Of a stretch of 64,000 bases of DNA, positions 13,031-34,460 are shown piece after piece. The notes below the pieces were generated by a model, which was not told the DNA's origin, did no database searches, and worked only from the letters and a program-made list of their open reading frames with translations. Numbering within the stretch: the first letter of the stretch is position 1; each line of letters starts with the position of its first letter. Position numbers and translations under genes: made by a program. Source of the DNA: Balanoglossus misakiensis (lineage: Eukaryota; Animalia; Hemichordata); assembly GCA_040954595.2 (NCBI GenBank), contig CM082588.2, positions 4,652,156-4,716,155 on the forward strand, read 5' to 3'.

Positions 13031-14104
13031 CACAATACAGGAGGTACTCAGTGACCTTGAAAAAGAAAACACGTCATGATTGACAGTATCCGTGATGGTG
13101 TCATTTGACGTCACTGGGAATTTTTTACATAAAAAGTAGTTAAACTTTTCTACAGGAATGACTTGCGAAAAAGGCAAAAATGGATGTATAGTCTGGTATA
13201 GATCAAGGTATTTATTCTTTATTTGTAGAATGTAAGATAGCACAGACGGGACAGAAAATAATCTCTCAAATTTTACACATCAGAATTAGAACAGAAAAAA
13301 TAATTTCAGTTTCTACGGCTAATAAAACTTATATTTACAAAACAAAATAAAACAATGTGGCATGTTTATGAGTGAGGATTATTTCTCACAAACTTTGATG
13401 GTGGGCCAGTACTGGTAGTCTAAAATAGTTTATTTTTTAGTAACAAGTTCATTTCTATTCTTCCATCAAAATTTTTACCTGAAATAAAATATACAAAAAT
13501 ACTGGCTCTGAAGCCCATCTCACAATCCTTTGAGACCACCATGATAGGTCAAATATCTCCAACATGAATACGCTAACGTGGTCTTGGCAGAGTGCCAAGA
13601 TAAGTCTCTGCTGTGGAGGTCACTGTAACCTAGATACATTATTACACCACTTCGTGTACATCTGCTACCTGTGAAGTTAGTGTTTTTTTGCGAATGAACA
13701 TTTTCTTTTTGGGTACTTTGTCTTTTTTTCATGTCTACAATCTACTGTTGAATGAAGTGGAAAAAAGATGGTTTGTACCCTATGAAACAGGGCACATAAT
13801 AATGTATTGCAGTTCTGAAAGTTGATAGGAGGTCTTGTCTATTGTCCATCACTAGCTCTGCCACTGGCTAATCTGTCGTCACGGTTATGGACATTGAGCG
13901 CAGTGGCTGAACGGGTATGGGAACAATGCAAGGAAAGTCTACATGTTGTTTTTTTCTGGAATAAATATTACAGTAAGTTTGGAAAAGAGATCAAGACACC
14001 AAGCTCTGAGCTGCCCGTAACATGAACCCAGCAAACCACCACGAAACCGGAAAAAAACCAGACTGGAGTTCAAGTAAGCCTGCCAGTCTATTGCGTGGAT
14101 AATT

Positions 14105-14150
14105 CTAACCTAGCTAGAGGGTCTGCGGCCAGTCCCCCTAGCTAGGTTAG
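14105..14150. repeat. Short inverted repeat / micro-MITE
   Basis: ctaacctagctag...ctagctaggttag 13-bp perfect arms with imperfect inner pairing. Confidence 0.65.
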
Positions 14151-15519
14151 CTACAATCTCTGTACGGAGTGAGTCTGATTCCTGTCACTAGACGGCGCTG
14201 TTCACACCCACCATCATAGCATGGCTACTACAATCTGCGTGTCAAAATTTACACCATTCCAACAAAGTCGCGCAGAACACTCGGTAGTCTTAGGTGATAA
14301 AGAGACACTTTGAATAAAATGCATTAAATTAGTCTCTTTGAGACGTCGTGACACACAGACATCGGGACTGTGACAGAACTTTGCAAGGATTTACCACAAC
14401 CTTGCCCAAGACACAATATCTATTACAGACCAAAATAATTCTGACATCAATGCAGTGTGTGACAAATATACACGCAACACTGAATTTTACAGACATATGA
14501 CAGACATAATGGTGAGTTACAACATGACCATAAAACTGTAGTATCACCCATAGACTTATAGAAATATTCTCCCATCCCTCTCTTACCCTATTAACATACA
14601 AAATGCCCCATCACCTCAAAATACTAGTAACCCTTATAACCCCTTATTTCTGTACATGGATCCCGCTAAAAGTCCAAATCCCTGTCCAGTACACATGTAT
14701 GAATCTACCGCTCTTTAACCATTTCTATGAACCAAACATATTCACAATGGCATACACATGATCAATAATGCTTTGCGGCAGTACAGACCAGGTAGGTATT
14801 AATTTCAAAAGCAAAAAGTGTGTTACAGATTATTGTCTGACTTGCCATCGGCCAAGTATATTGCACAGAAGCACACAATGCACTGTGCGTGCACACACAC
14901 ACATGCACGAATAAACCTCTCCCACAAGCACAGAGTGCAACCTGTGGAAGACATGTATGGATCAGAAGAAGGAGACCAAGAGACAAAAAGCCAATACAGT
15001 CAAACCGTTATTGCTAAATGAGGGAATGTTCTGGATCAAAGCTGTAGTTCACAAAGTTTGCCAGCGAGGGCACAGAATATAATTATCACAAAATATGTAG
15101 TACCGGTAGGCATCACTTCATGTACTGTGTCAAGTGAATTCATTTTCAACAACATTGTTAGGTATATAAATACATGTATGAGATGGTAACTAATACACAA
15201 CACCGCTGGCTATACACATATTAGGCATGGTGATTTACTTCAGTGGTAGGACAAGAAACTCAAGAATGTGACTTCAGCCTGGACTAAGAAACACAACACC
15301 TCATTGGTCAATTTCTGCTTCAGGACAGCATACACATCCAATCAAAACAGTTCAAAGAAAAGATCAGGACAGTGAAAAGAAACACACACAAAAAGAAAGA
15401 CTAGGAGTAAATCATACATGAGGATACAGCTTAAAATGTAAATTCAATTTTCCCCTACGGTACCACAACCCGCGACTCTAAGATTTTTACACAGTGTTAC
15501 CCATAAATTATTCCTATCA

Positions 15520-23329
<7,810 letters not shown>

Positions 23330-23786
23330 CTTGAATCTCCGCCCGTACAAAATGTTTGTGTGTTATATACTTACTCAAGTGATGGCTCGTCATATCAACA
23401 AGGTACACGTCAACAGATCGCGATCGCGAGGGGGCGCCTGTTATACCGTTACTCGACCAAGGCAATGGGGTGACTAATACCGTTACACAACCAGGGCAAT
23501 GGTGTTTCTCAGGGCTGTCGTTAAGAATACACACAGTGGAGTGTCATCTTAATGAGGTCGTCTCATTTGTTTCTTTTATAGAATGAAATGGGCATGCGTC
23601 AAGAACCCAACTAGGACACTTGCGCAAACGAAATACTGTGGTAACAGCCTTTGCAGATTAACCAAAGAGTAATAATAATCGTCGTCATGGAGACCATCAT
23701 TCTAAGAAAGTATGCACTAAACTGGGTAGAGTGGTTGCATTCACAAAGAATTATAGACACCTGTGTTACCTATAGCAACATGCGAA

Positions 23787-23868
23787 ATACATACATACAT
23801 ACATGCATGCATACATACATACATACATTTACATCAAGTATACGTGATAGCAGACAGACAGACAGACA
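23787..23868. repeat. (TACA)n and (CAGA)n tetranucleotide microsatellites
   Basis: Direct tandem arrays between MAN1A and the sulfotransferase. Confidence 0.8.
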
Positions 23869-24847
23869 AACAGCATACAGACTTGACCAAAGAATGCGAC
23901 GTACCAGCTTAGTTTTGGTGTGGATTATGCACCACGTGGACTTAAGTGCAGTTGGCTATGTCAATCAGCTATTTTCAGTATACATATTTTAAAACGTGCT
24001 CTCTGTGTACTTACTGAAGCCATCAACACAAGCCCTCAACAGATTTTGTTCAGAGTCAATTTTCATTTCGGATTAAAGGGCATGGTTGTCAATGAGTGAT
24101 TTTCTCAATTTTTCATAGGATTTACTGCATGAAATCAAAATGCAGGCCTGCCCTCGATCCATCTTATTGTTTAACATTTGTTTAAACGAGCTGCCAAGTA
24201 TCGTAACACGCAAAATAAGCAGAACAGATCACTTTACCAGGTCCAATACGAAAGCCCAGGAATAGGGCGTTCTTGGTATACCTTTTCATGCATGTGGATT
24301 GGCTTACGGTTGCCAGGTGCATTCTAAGTACCACCGCACCGACAGTGATTTCACACTTGTGGCAAGTGTTTGCGACATCTGGTCTTAATCCCGAACCGAA
24401 CTTTAACCTCTATTTTTTCACAGTATTGGCAGACAGATCTGCGGTGCGTGGCGTTTCAATTATTTTACGAGCAAAACTGGTAAGTCAGTCTCAAATTCTA
24501 TTCTCAGACGTACTTTCTCCGGTTTCCATTTTCACCAACGTTTTTATGAACACGTGGTTGGTTTTGCGCTCGCTTTGTACAAACATTGCGGTAACTGCTA
24601 CAGATTTCCTGAAGCCCATCTAGTTAACCTGTTACAAACCAAAGCTTTTCCAACTCATATGGGCAAGTCTGTAGATACAGCAGCAATTTCAGGCGAACAA
24701 ATGGCTGTAGCACTGTTTTCATATTATCCATGGAACCTAATACGCCCTGCTCCTCGTTGGGGTTTTGTAATTGACCAGAACGTTTACTTTGACTCATCGG
24801 GTCGTTTTCTCTTTCAGATCATCGACGACAAAACTGACATTTAAGAA

Positions 24848-26023
24848 ATGCCAGTCAACATGTCTTGGCTAGATACGAGGTTTCGCGTCAACAGAAGGAA
24901 CATCATCGTTCTAACTTGCTTTCTCGTCGCCATATTGTTGTCACTCGCTCTACACGGACAACTTACTGGCGTCTTTACGAGCTCTGCTCACCACGGCCAT
25001 CTCTTTTCCCTCTCATCGGTGACCGATTCGGAGACCCAGCGGCAGATTCCCGACGTAAGTGGACGGAAGAAGGTAAACGTGATGATCTTTGCGCGCAAGC
25101 GTTCGGGGTCAAGTGTCACGGGGTCGTACATCGGCGAAAACCCGGACTTCTTTTATTTCTACGAACCTGGCAGAATAGTCAGCAGCTTCGCTTCCGGTAT
25201 TGGCGGTGAAAATTTCGAGTTTCTTGAAGAATTTCGACCCCGGTTATTGGGCTGTCTTGATGCATTTTACTCGTGTAACTTCACTCTGCACGAATATATA
25301 ATATCTAAGATGAACGAAGACCCCATCTACCGGACAAAGGGCAAACTTCACCTGAACCCGCCGTTCGACACCAAGGATCTCACAAATCTATGCCGGTCCA
25401 GGAAAAACGCGGTGGCCAAAGTTCTACGACTGTACAACTTGTTACTTGCCGCGCCACTGCTGCAAAAGCACAACGTTAAAGTTATCCACCTTGTTCGGGA
25501 TCCGCGCGGGGTTATAAAATCACGCGAGCTGTTCAGAAAGCCGTCCAGAGCTACAGCCAAGGAGGGCGAATTACTCCTCAGCGGTCGCCTGAAAACGGAA
25601 ATCGCGGACTACTGCCGGTGGCTCGAGACGAACTACATTATCTCCCTCCATGGCCCGCAGTGGTTGAGGAAGAACTACATGCTTGTTCGCTACGAGGACA
25701 TCGTCAACCGCCCGCTAGAGGTCGCTTCTCAGATGTACACATTCATTGGCACCTCGGCGGATGAATTCATCAGACGAAACATAGTAAAGGCGTCGCTCAA
25801 AAAAACAGGCAACGCCGAAGCCTGGCGAAGAGGGGTCACGTTCTCAAACGTGCAGCAGATGCAAGATTTGTGTCCTGAAAGGGTATGGGCGATGTTCGGT
25901 TATCGACTTGTGGACAGTGCTCGTATGCTATATGATAATACTACCAGTTTAGTTGGTGAATTACCGGCAATAGGCGCAGACCATTTTGGAGAGGTTTATT
26001 TTAACGAAAAATACACAAAGTAA
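24848..26023 (+). CDS. Golgi carbohydrate sulfotransferase (CHST1/3/5-like Gal/GalNAc/GlcNAc-6-O family), single coding exon, 391 aa
   Basis: N-terminal TM helix, 5'-PSB RKRSGSS, FYFYEP, KVLR, 3'-PB KVIHLVRDPRG, and WLRKNYMLVRYEDI. A splice acceptor ctttcag ends at 24817, just before the ATG. Confidence 0.93.
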   Translation: MPVNMSWLDTRFRVNRRNIIVLTCFLVAILLSLALHGQLTGVFTSSAHHGHLFSLSSVTDSETQRQIPDVSGRKKVNVMIFARKRSGSSVTGSYIGENPDFFYFYEPGRIVSSFASGIGGENFEFLEEFRPRLLGCLDAFYSCNFTLHEYIISKMNEDPIYRTKGKLHLNPPFDTKDLTNLCRSRKNAVAKVLRLYNLLLAAPLLQKHNVKVIHLVRDPRGVIKSRELFRKPSRATAKEGELLLSGRLKTEIADYCRWLETNYIISLHGPQWLRKNYMLVRYEDIVNRPLEVASQMYTFIGTSADEFIRRNIVKASLKKTGNAEAWRRGVTFSNVQQMQDLCPERVWAMFGYRLVDSARMLYDNTTSLVGELPAIGADHFGEVYFNEKYTK

Positions 26024-26483
26024 AGGATCGCGAGCCTGAGAGGCAGATAAATCCTCGTACACATAAGTCATTGTCTATGTATGTAACATTGTTTTATTGT
26101 GTATTAAAGAGTTTATTACACCTATCAAAAAATATTTTTCATTGTTTGACTGTAAACTAAAATTGCATTCATGATTTGAATTCTGGTGTCGTTTTTTTTT
26201 TATTCTCGTCGATGAATAAATGTTATCCTAATAAATGTTCACTCCTTCAAAAAACTCTCTGTCTGAACGGTCCCGTTACGTGTGACGTCATTGGGGGCTC
26301 TCCTTCGCTTTTAGTCTACAATTCATCGCATCGAGAGGCGTACATGTCGTCTACTTGACTTTTATGGCGTCAACGGTAAACACGGTCAGTGACGAGGCAT
26401 TTTGTTGGGAGAGTATAAGATTCAGACAGTAGCGATGGAGAGTTTTGGGCTCTTCGTCGCTGCTTTCAAGGAAATTCCTGTCA

Positions 26484-26638
26484 CAGCCGTATAGATTTGA
26501 ACCAGCAAGGCGTGAGGTGAGGTCTCTCCTCAACCTGTTCGGGCTGGTGGGGAATCCGTCGATGTACCGAGCGAAGAAATGCCTGCAAGCGCGGGTCGAG
26601 ATTCGCCAGAGTCTTCTCGAGTGGGAAATATAGATTGG
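26484..26638 (+). pseudogene. Frameshifted 5' remnant of a KolX / P2X7-ballast-like gene
   Basis: QPYRFEP at 26484 and, after a frameshift near 26520, SRVGNIDW followed by a GT donor. I recall QPYxFEP...RxGNxDWC as the N-terminal signature of this family. Confidence 0.65.
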
Positions 26639-26997
26639 TGAATAAGCATCATTTTCTGTTTGTTTGTTTTTATTTTACAATAAATATTCAGGGAGTGGTT
26701 CAGTGAAACTCAAATATTCTCGTAGCCGATCTGCCTCCCCGATACGGAGGTCTGCGCTCGTCTGATCACCGATATATACACTAAGAACCCGGTGCGCGGC
26801 ACTACGCCATGCCGACACGGTCCGTACTAAAACATCATTGCTGACATCTCAGTTGTGAAAAAAACGTAATGGGACGACAAATTTCATACATAAATATCAC
26901 AGATAAACTCCCTGTTCACAAGCGACCGGTTACCCAAAACTGGCATAACACCGGTACAGTTCCATTCATCATTACCTTTACGGTGATGTAGTGACCT

Positions 26998-27112
26998 TTG
27001 GGCCGTTTTGTACGAAGCGCTCCCATTTTTCTCTCAGTCCTTTGCTTTTCGGAAATCTATGTACACTACGGATAGTGTTTTTACAGCCCCCGACGACGCA
27101 TCGTTTGATAAT
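26998..27112 (-). pseudogene. Truncated THAP zinc-finger N-terminus of a transposase
   Basis: Minus strand reads IIKRCVVGGCKNTIRSVHRFPKSKGLREKWERFVQ (C-x4-C, HRFP, W of THAP). No ATG and no C-x2-H half. Confidence 0.75.
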
Positions 27113-28070
27113 AATGATGGAAACGCGGGACTCTCGCTTTGGGCTAAGCTGTGCAACGATATCACTGTTTACATACTGGCAACGACTTCCCCCAATGACG
27201 TCATGTCACGTGGTCTATACGCGGCAAATACGAATTGAGAATTTTTCTGAGCGTCATGAATTTCGACGATTTTATGAATGAATCATTAATTATAGAAAAC
27301 CACAGCCAAAATATAATGTCTTGATTTGGATAAAATGGTTATTTTACTAAATGAATCTTTTACACTCAAATGAAATAAAAATAGGTGTAATAATTCCTTT
27401 AAACGAATAAGTAGAAACTGGGACTTTCTTATTTCTTTCGTTTCACCCAATTCATTACAAATCATTTGGCGAGGACGCCCACACACGACTGAATATGAGA
27501 CTAGTGCTGGTGTCTTCCGTATTCATCTATGTGCTGTGTGACGTCAGGATGACACCGTAGCAACAGCAACGTTGGTTATTATTAATATTGGAAAAGTAAT
27601 GAAAAAGGGATTTACTCTGTGGCCATGGTGATGATTGATGAAATGAGGTTCGTATATTATTGCATGTTTGTAACATAGACAAAACCTACATCAGTGGAAT
27701 AAAACATTTAGTGTGGGGCCTATTGCCATCATTTCGGTTCGTACGATGATGGCAGTTATCTCATATCAGGCCCACACCAATAAAAATGATCAGTTTCGTT
27801 GTGATTTTCGATTATTTGCTTCAGAAGTCAACGCGGACTTAAGCACGAAAAAACCCAGCCTCTTTGTCTGAAATCAGAATGGACATACAGAAAAAGCAAT
27901 CGTACCTTGTTATTTATCAGGCATCTACAGATGCATCAAGTTTATTTATAACTTGTTGAAATTAGCAAAACACTAAATGCATGTTTGTTGTTTCGCTTGG
28001 TGTTCTTTAATATTTTCAATATTGGCCTGAATTATTTATATAAGAAATTCACAGTGCCCAGTTTTAGGTC

Positions 28071-30109
28071 TTAGACATACTCCTTGGCGTAAAGAATATC
28101 AGGAAAATCTGTAATGACGTCATAAGTAGGTCCGCTATTGAATGCGCTTCTTTCTTGGAATAGAAACTTGGACCAATTAGATTTACCGATACCAATAAAA
28201 ACTTTACTTCCTGAAGGAATAAGAGAGGGAGGGGGGGGGGGAGGGGAGAAATAGTAACATATCAATAAATGTAGTTGGCCATTGTATTTAGAATGTGAAA
28301 CAAAATATGATATTTACCAATGCATATTCTCGCCTAAAACTTAAGAAAACACTTACTTGCGCAGATTTCTTGTTCCAACTGGGAAATAAAATAATCATCG
28401 TCACGGAAGGAGTTGATATCCGGATGGTGTAGAGCAATGACGTCATCACTACTAATGACCCTCGACACGTTCTGAGCAGCAAACTCTCGAATAATGTTCT
28501 AAAATTTACAATAAACACAGTTCATAGCAAGTCAAGGTAAGCGCAAAGTAGGACTGGCAATAGAACAAAAACATTAGCTATAACAGAGGCTGAAAACATG
28601 TGCTGACATAACCAATTCCTCCACCCCGGAAATCAAATGGTCCCCCCTTACAAGAAGGAGTACACGTACCGTGCGAGGTTCTAATGGTGCACTCGCTATG
28701 AAAGCACAACCGATATCTTCATGTTGCATTATCTCGGAGATGTGTGCTGCCAGCCTGCCAATCACTTTATACTGCATCTTGAGAAGTTCCTGACACCTCC
28801 GGTCTTTGCTCTTTCCTAAGTGGCCGATGCGACATCTGAAATAAAGACAGTAGGTCTTATCAGTCCATTCTGATACTGTGATGCTTCAATCAGAAGTTGA
28901 AAGGCTGACTTTACCCCTTTTCGATCTCAAATGGTTCATGTGATGTGTTATATGCACACAAATTGAATATCATGAAACTAATACTTAATAACAACAAATG
29001 CACAACAATACTCATCTAGCATTTATAACAATACTCACTGTTCCCCTGTTTTGTTTCGCCAATGGAAACCCAGTACAGGCTTCCCATCGCACAGTTTCGG
29101 CAAGACGTCTTCGACGGCGCGCCGCAGAAACTGGGTCCTGACTAAATGCCCGGCGATCCCATTCGATACTTTTGCCATCTGTGGCAGACGCACCCTTTCA
29201 AATGTTATGGGGACTAACATCACCACACACCGTGCGCCAGCTGACTTCTCAATCCCACGCCAAGACTCTGCTTCGGACGTGGGAAATTTTACAGAGTCTA
29301 CGTGCGGAAGTTCAACATCGACGCGACTCCGGACATAAGCGCGTTGAATAGCATAAGCGTGCTCTATTGGTAACCTAGAAGATCTGGCAAAAGGGCTGAT
29401 GAACGTCAAAATGTCGTCAATTCGAGGACCACATTTCTCCTTCAGGTGTTTAATATCGATGGCTGGCATAAACTCTTCGAAAATACTCATATTAAACGTT
29501 TCCTCGAAAGTAACCCTTCCCAAGTGATTTACGGTTCGATGGTGTTTAAAATCCGGCAAAACTAAAGTTCTATTCGTGAAGACAGCCAACTGAATGGCGA
29601 TTTTTAACTGTCGATATTGAAAATTCGGCCCACCTCCGATGTGAACAATTGGGAAGAGGAAGCGGTTCTTCATCTCGTGACGTACTTCCGCCGGAAGCGT
29701 GTATGGGGAATGACGTGTCTGGTTTTCTTTCGATGACGCAACTGTTACGTGTGGGACATTAGTGGGCTTGAATTCCTCAAATACATCTTCAAGATGGAAT
29801 GTGTCTTGGCTGTTGTAGCTCGAATTGTTTATCTTGTCCTAAAAAGAGAATAAAGTTGGCTCATTTTAACGCCCCACACAACACAATCCCAGCCATTTTC
29901 TCTCTCATGATTGAAGATGAAACAACACAGACCTCTCTCATGCTTACCTGGCTGAGATCAAGCTCCAAATGACTATAAGAGAAATCTTCTTCTTTTGGTT
30001 GGTGACTCTTTGGGAAACGAAAGTCGCTCCTTAACAACAAAGGGTAGAAAATGGCCGATATGCCAACCAGGCCGACCAGACTGAAAAAGACAGTTTTCAA
30101 GCTGAGCAT
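28071..30109 (-). CDS. O-fucosyltransferase-like GT-B glycosyltransferase, copy A, 5 exons, ~469 aa
   Basis: Exons 30109-29948, 29838-29039, 28835-28670, 28498-28357, 28210-28071 (1410 nt). TM anchor, GGGPNFQYRQL...NRTLVLP, HWRNKTGE and EQEICARSKVFIGIGKSNWS...ER. Confidence 0.85.
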
Positions 30110-30678
30110 CGTGAAATGAACCGGTTGTCGATGTCTTCACCCACCAGTTCAACACGTCACGGGTTCGTTGACGGATGTTACAGCTATCAGCGACAAAACA
30201 ATAGGAATCTCAACAGAGGTTGGCTTGCCTAGACTACATGTATATTAAAAGTGGTGATTTTACGCTTTGTGAAGGTATCACAGATACAAATGCAAGCGCG
30301 GTTTGCCTGTTGCTGGGCACGCTAGGTGCAGTATTCATCAAAAAGTAATTTTAAAAAAGCGTGTTACGCGCTTAGGCGTTAAAAAGAACAGAAGGTGCCT
30401 AACATACAGAAAAGATGTTTCAAATACATATGTACTACAGCTGTACTACAACTTTATTTACAAGTATTTGAGGAGTTTGAAAAACAGATTGGATTTTAAA
30501 AAAAAACCCTGTAAATTCCGTGTTGGTACGTGCGCCCTCACACTTTTGATTGTTCAGATTGACATGTTAAACCTTCACCACTCCACCTTGCTAGTTCTAC
30601 ATGGGAAAATGGTTGAGATGTCATGTCGTTCTCGGGAATTCCTGAACTTGCATAAAACGTTGTCGGAATTATCTCGTT

Positions 30679-33441
30679 CTACACATACTGACTGGCAATA
30701 TCTATGATATCAGGGAAGTCAGCCATGACATCATAATTCCGCCTCCGATGAAACGCGCTTCTCTCTTTGAAAACGAACTCGGACCAGTTGGACTTGCCAA
30801 TCCCGACAAAAACCTTACTTCCTTATAAAAATAAACAGAAAAAAAAACATTTCATTTCTGCAAATAGACGATGAGCGATTTAACGCAAGAAAAGGATATA
30901 TCCCCCGGGGCATAATTAGCCAGGGTTTTGTTAAAGCGCATGTCCTATAATTAGTGTCAGTAAATGAGAAATTCTGACTAAAACACCGTATAAAATGCAG
31001 TGTCCCCTTAAATTGCTTGAAGCATTGTTGTCAAGGTAACATTGACTGGTCCCGACTTACTCGCACATATCTCCTGTTCCGTCAAAGATATGAAATAGCC
31101 ATCCTTGCCAAATGAGCTGATTGCAGGGTTGTGCAAGCCAATGACATCATCAATTGTAAGGACTCGAGATACATTTCCAGTAATGAGCTGGCGTATAACA
31201 TTCTGAAAATAATGCAAGGAATTATAAAAATATTCGACTTATAGTCACAAAGGTATACTGCCCGGTTGATACAAATAAATAAGGAAAACTTGGATTCAAA
31301 TATTTTTGCACATGAGGTGAAGCAAGTTAGTATGGAAAATTGCCACTGTGTCGCGTTCGTTCAGTCTCCAAGATAAGGTATCTGACGTAATCTTCTCACC
31401 TCTCGAGGTTCTTTGGGTGCAGTGGCCATAAAAACACAACCAATCTTCTCCCTTTCCATTATCATCTTGATTTTGGACACCAGGCTACTTAAGATCTTAT
31501 CTTGCATCTCCAGAAGCACGTGGCATCGCGTGTCATTGTTTTTTCCCAAATTACCAATGCGACATCTGGTAATATACATTGATATTAGTTTTGGTAAAAG
31601 CCTACTTTTTCTGAATGTTAATTCTTAACATCACTAGTGTTACGAGTGCCAATTCACAACATTACTTTAAAGGGAATAATGTCTGAACTGTATAAAATCT
31701 CTTTTTTTGAAAAATTTGTCCTATAATACTTACTGTTCGCCTGTTTTGTTTCGCCAATGGAAACCTAGAATCGGGTTCCCGTCACACAGTCTGGGCAGGA
31801 TGCCTTCCACAGCTTCCTGCAGTAAAGACGGTCTTACTAAATGCCCGTCGATGGCACGTGAGATTTGATCTACTTTTGGGAAACGTGCTGATTCGAAAGA
31901 CAGCGGGAATAGCATCGCTGTGCACGAATCATCGGCTGTGTCTTCTAGTGCCCGCCACCCCTCCGAACGCGACTCCGGGATCGTCACTGTATCTGATTCG
32001 GGGATATTAACGTTTGTTCGGTTATACATCCATCTTCGGCGATCTTCGTACTTCTTCCTAACCGATTTTATGACCTTGCCTACTGGATTAAGGACTGTCC
32101 AGACACTGTCCATGTGTGGGCCACATTCCCTTGTGAATTCTTCAATACTGGCCACTGGCATAAAGCTTCGTAATACACCGACATTGAACGTGTCATTGAA
32201 AAATACACCCCCAACGTCATATTTAGTTCGGTGGTTTCTAAAGTCGGACAAAACTATTGTTCTGTTGGTGAAAACTGCAAACTTGAGAGCGGTCTTGAGC
32301 ATTCTGTACTGAAAGTTCGGACCGCCACCGTAATGCATGATGGGAAACAGGAAACGATTTCGCATCGCGTGACGTACTTCCGGCGAAAGTGTATACGGCT
32401 TACTGTTTGTCGAATCAGTAGTTTTCAAAGCATTATCAGACGCTGCAAGGGTAAATGGCTGTTCTGCAACAGTGGTGTCTGGTTCAAGTGTTGTGGGCAT
32501 TATCGTTGACCACGCAGTGCCCTTTAAGGATATGTGACTGTGATCTCCGACCATGTCGTCTGTGTGCAGGGACGGACGCAGGGTGGTTTCCTGTTCTCCA
32601 TTCGCCTTTTGAAAAATGAAAACAGAAGAAAACGTGTCTCTTAGTAGTCAATTTATCAGCAAGTACTGCAGACAACGACATGATATCAGCACTCTCTTGT
32701 ATTTCGTTACCAATTTTCCGTCAACCAGTGACGCTCGCTTATCCCAAAATCAATTTTAGTAATTTCAACGCGTTTAATAGCTTATTTGAACATATGCCAC
32801 CTTGCATAAATTTGGTCTTTAGCTGCAGTGGCATTTTTAGTAGCAGAACTTGCGTTCATTCAGGAATTTCTGTTTTTGAATGTATTCTTTGGAGTTTGAT
32901 CTATGGCCAAAAGCGAGAAGAGAATGGCGACAGTGCGATTTTCTTTGAAGTACCGGTATTTTTAATCCACTAATCATGAGATAATCCGATTCGGCGGCAA
33001 AACAAACGTAGACCACACGTGTCGTACATCCGCAACTGCGATCGACAATGAATTTTTTTTTAAAACCTCATCAAAACTCCAAATATTATTTTATTTACCA
33101 CTATGACGGGTACAGTGGGTACAAAGTTAATCTATGAGGCGAGATGGCAAAAACGCAAAAAAAAAACGAAATAGGCATCCAGTCAAAATATATTAGTCGG
33201 CCGCTCAGTACATAGAAGGGGCCCCTGGCATGTTGTTAGGCGATTTAGTCTACACCGAGTACTGGTTAAAATAATGTGTGAATCTTACCTCCTTTTTATC
33301 CTTGATATTCGCCGTGGTTTCGTCACTTGAACTCGACATAATTGCGAATTTCACATTTTCCATATATCGCGATGAAAGCAATACGGTGAACACTGCCATT
33401 ATGCTGACCAGACTCACGAAACATGTTTTTAGTTTATCCAT
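30679..33441 (-). CDS. O-fucosyltransferase-like GT-B glycosyltransferase, copy B, 5 exons, ~491 aa
   Basis: Exons 33441-33289, 32605-31734, 31565-31400, 31202-31061, 30821-30679 (1476 nt). Same motifs and intron phases (0,2,0,1). Long Thr/Pro-rich stem. Confidence 0.85.
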
Positions 33442-34460
33442 TGGAGACAGATGCTTTGTGTTCCGTGTGCGGTTCTGAATACCACGACACTATCGCAGGG
33501 TATGACAGACTGTGGATATTTGACAGCAATGCCGGGAACACATACCACATGTCATGGGCACTGCTACAGGTGTTACCGTCCGTCCTGTAGTCAACGCGAA
33601 ACTGTCGTAACCGTTCTTGAGACGACGCACTTGCTAATATTAATTTCCCGTCCAGACAGGGAAAGCTGTATTCTGGATGAGCGATATTTCAACGGAACTA
33701 TTACAGGACGAAAATCCTAAAGGTACAATGTCTGGATTGATATGTGGCCCTGCATTAACCGTAATCCAACAAGGATTTGACAGTTTGGATCACTCAGAAT
33801 TCCGGGCCGTCAGCTGCAGTCGGCGCCACAGGGAAGCAAGAATCCGTCCCCTTAATTCTTTCGGCTGTAACATTTTTATGTGCGTGTGTGTGATAGGATG
33901 TAATTAGCCTTCACGGAGAATTAAATAGCTTAATATTTGTACTTTAGTGTTTTGGCAGCGATCCGTTATTTATAGCGGTCCAATGAAAACATGTTCATCA
34001 CTTACAGAGGTAATCTAACGATTGATGGCCATCTATTGTTATTCTTATTAGGAAGGTGAAGGCATGTGTGTGCTGGCGTGTCAAAGGTTACCGATTATCC
34101 AAAATTGAGAACACATCTGCAATTCACAGAAGGTAGTGGTATTAGGGGCCTATGAAGATACTTTACTAGTACATATTTCGGCAAAACTCTTTCGAATAGA
34201 CAATTTCTATTCGTTTGACACAGTTTTGCGAGTATGGATAAAATTACACAAAGGAAGGTGTCCGGCTGTATACGTGGTTGCTGGGCCTGGCAAGGCTTTG
34301 CTATTAAATTAATTTGCGTAAAATCATTTTATTAAAAAAAAAAACATTTCTGATATCTAAATGACCATTGTCCACCAGACTGATTTCAAAGTAATACCAT
34401 ATGCCAATAAAAGAGACTAGATTTTAAGTTCTCCTTATAAACGGACACGATGACATGACT

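Larger units (their letters stand above)
26104..27402. mobile_element. Kolobok-type DNA transposon, internally deleted (~1.3 kb)
   Basis: TTAA-agagtttattacacctat ... ataggtgtaataattcct-TTAA (18-bp TIR, 3 mismatches). Convergent remnants of a KolX-like gene (+) and a THAP-transposase 5' end (-). Confidence 0.82.

Noticed and set aside
24073-24615. TTAAAGGG-starting segment as another Kolobok-like MITE
   Set aside because: No convincing matching right TIR or TTAA.
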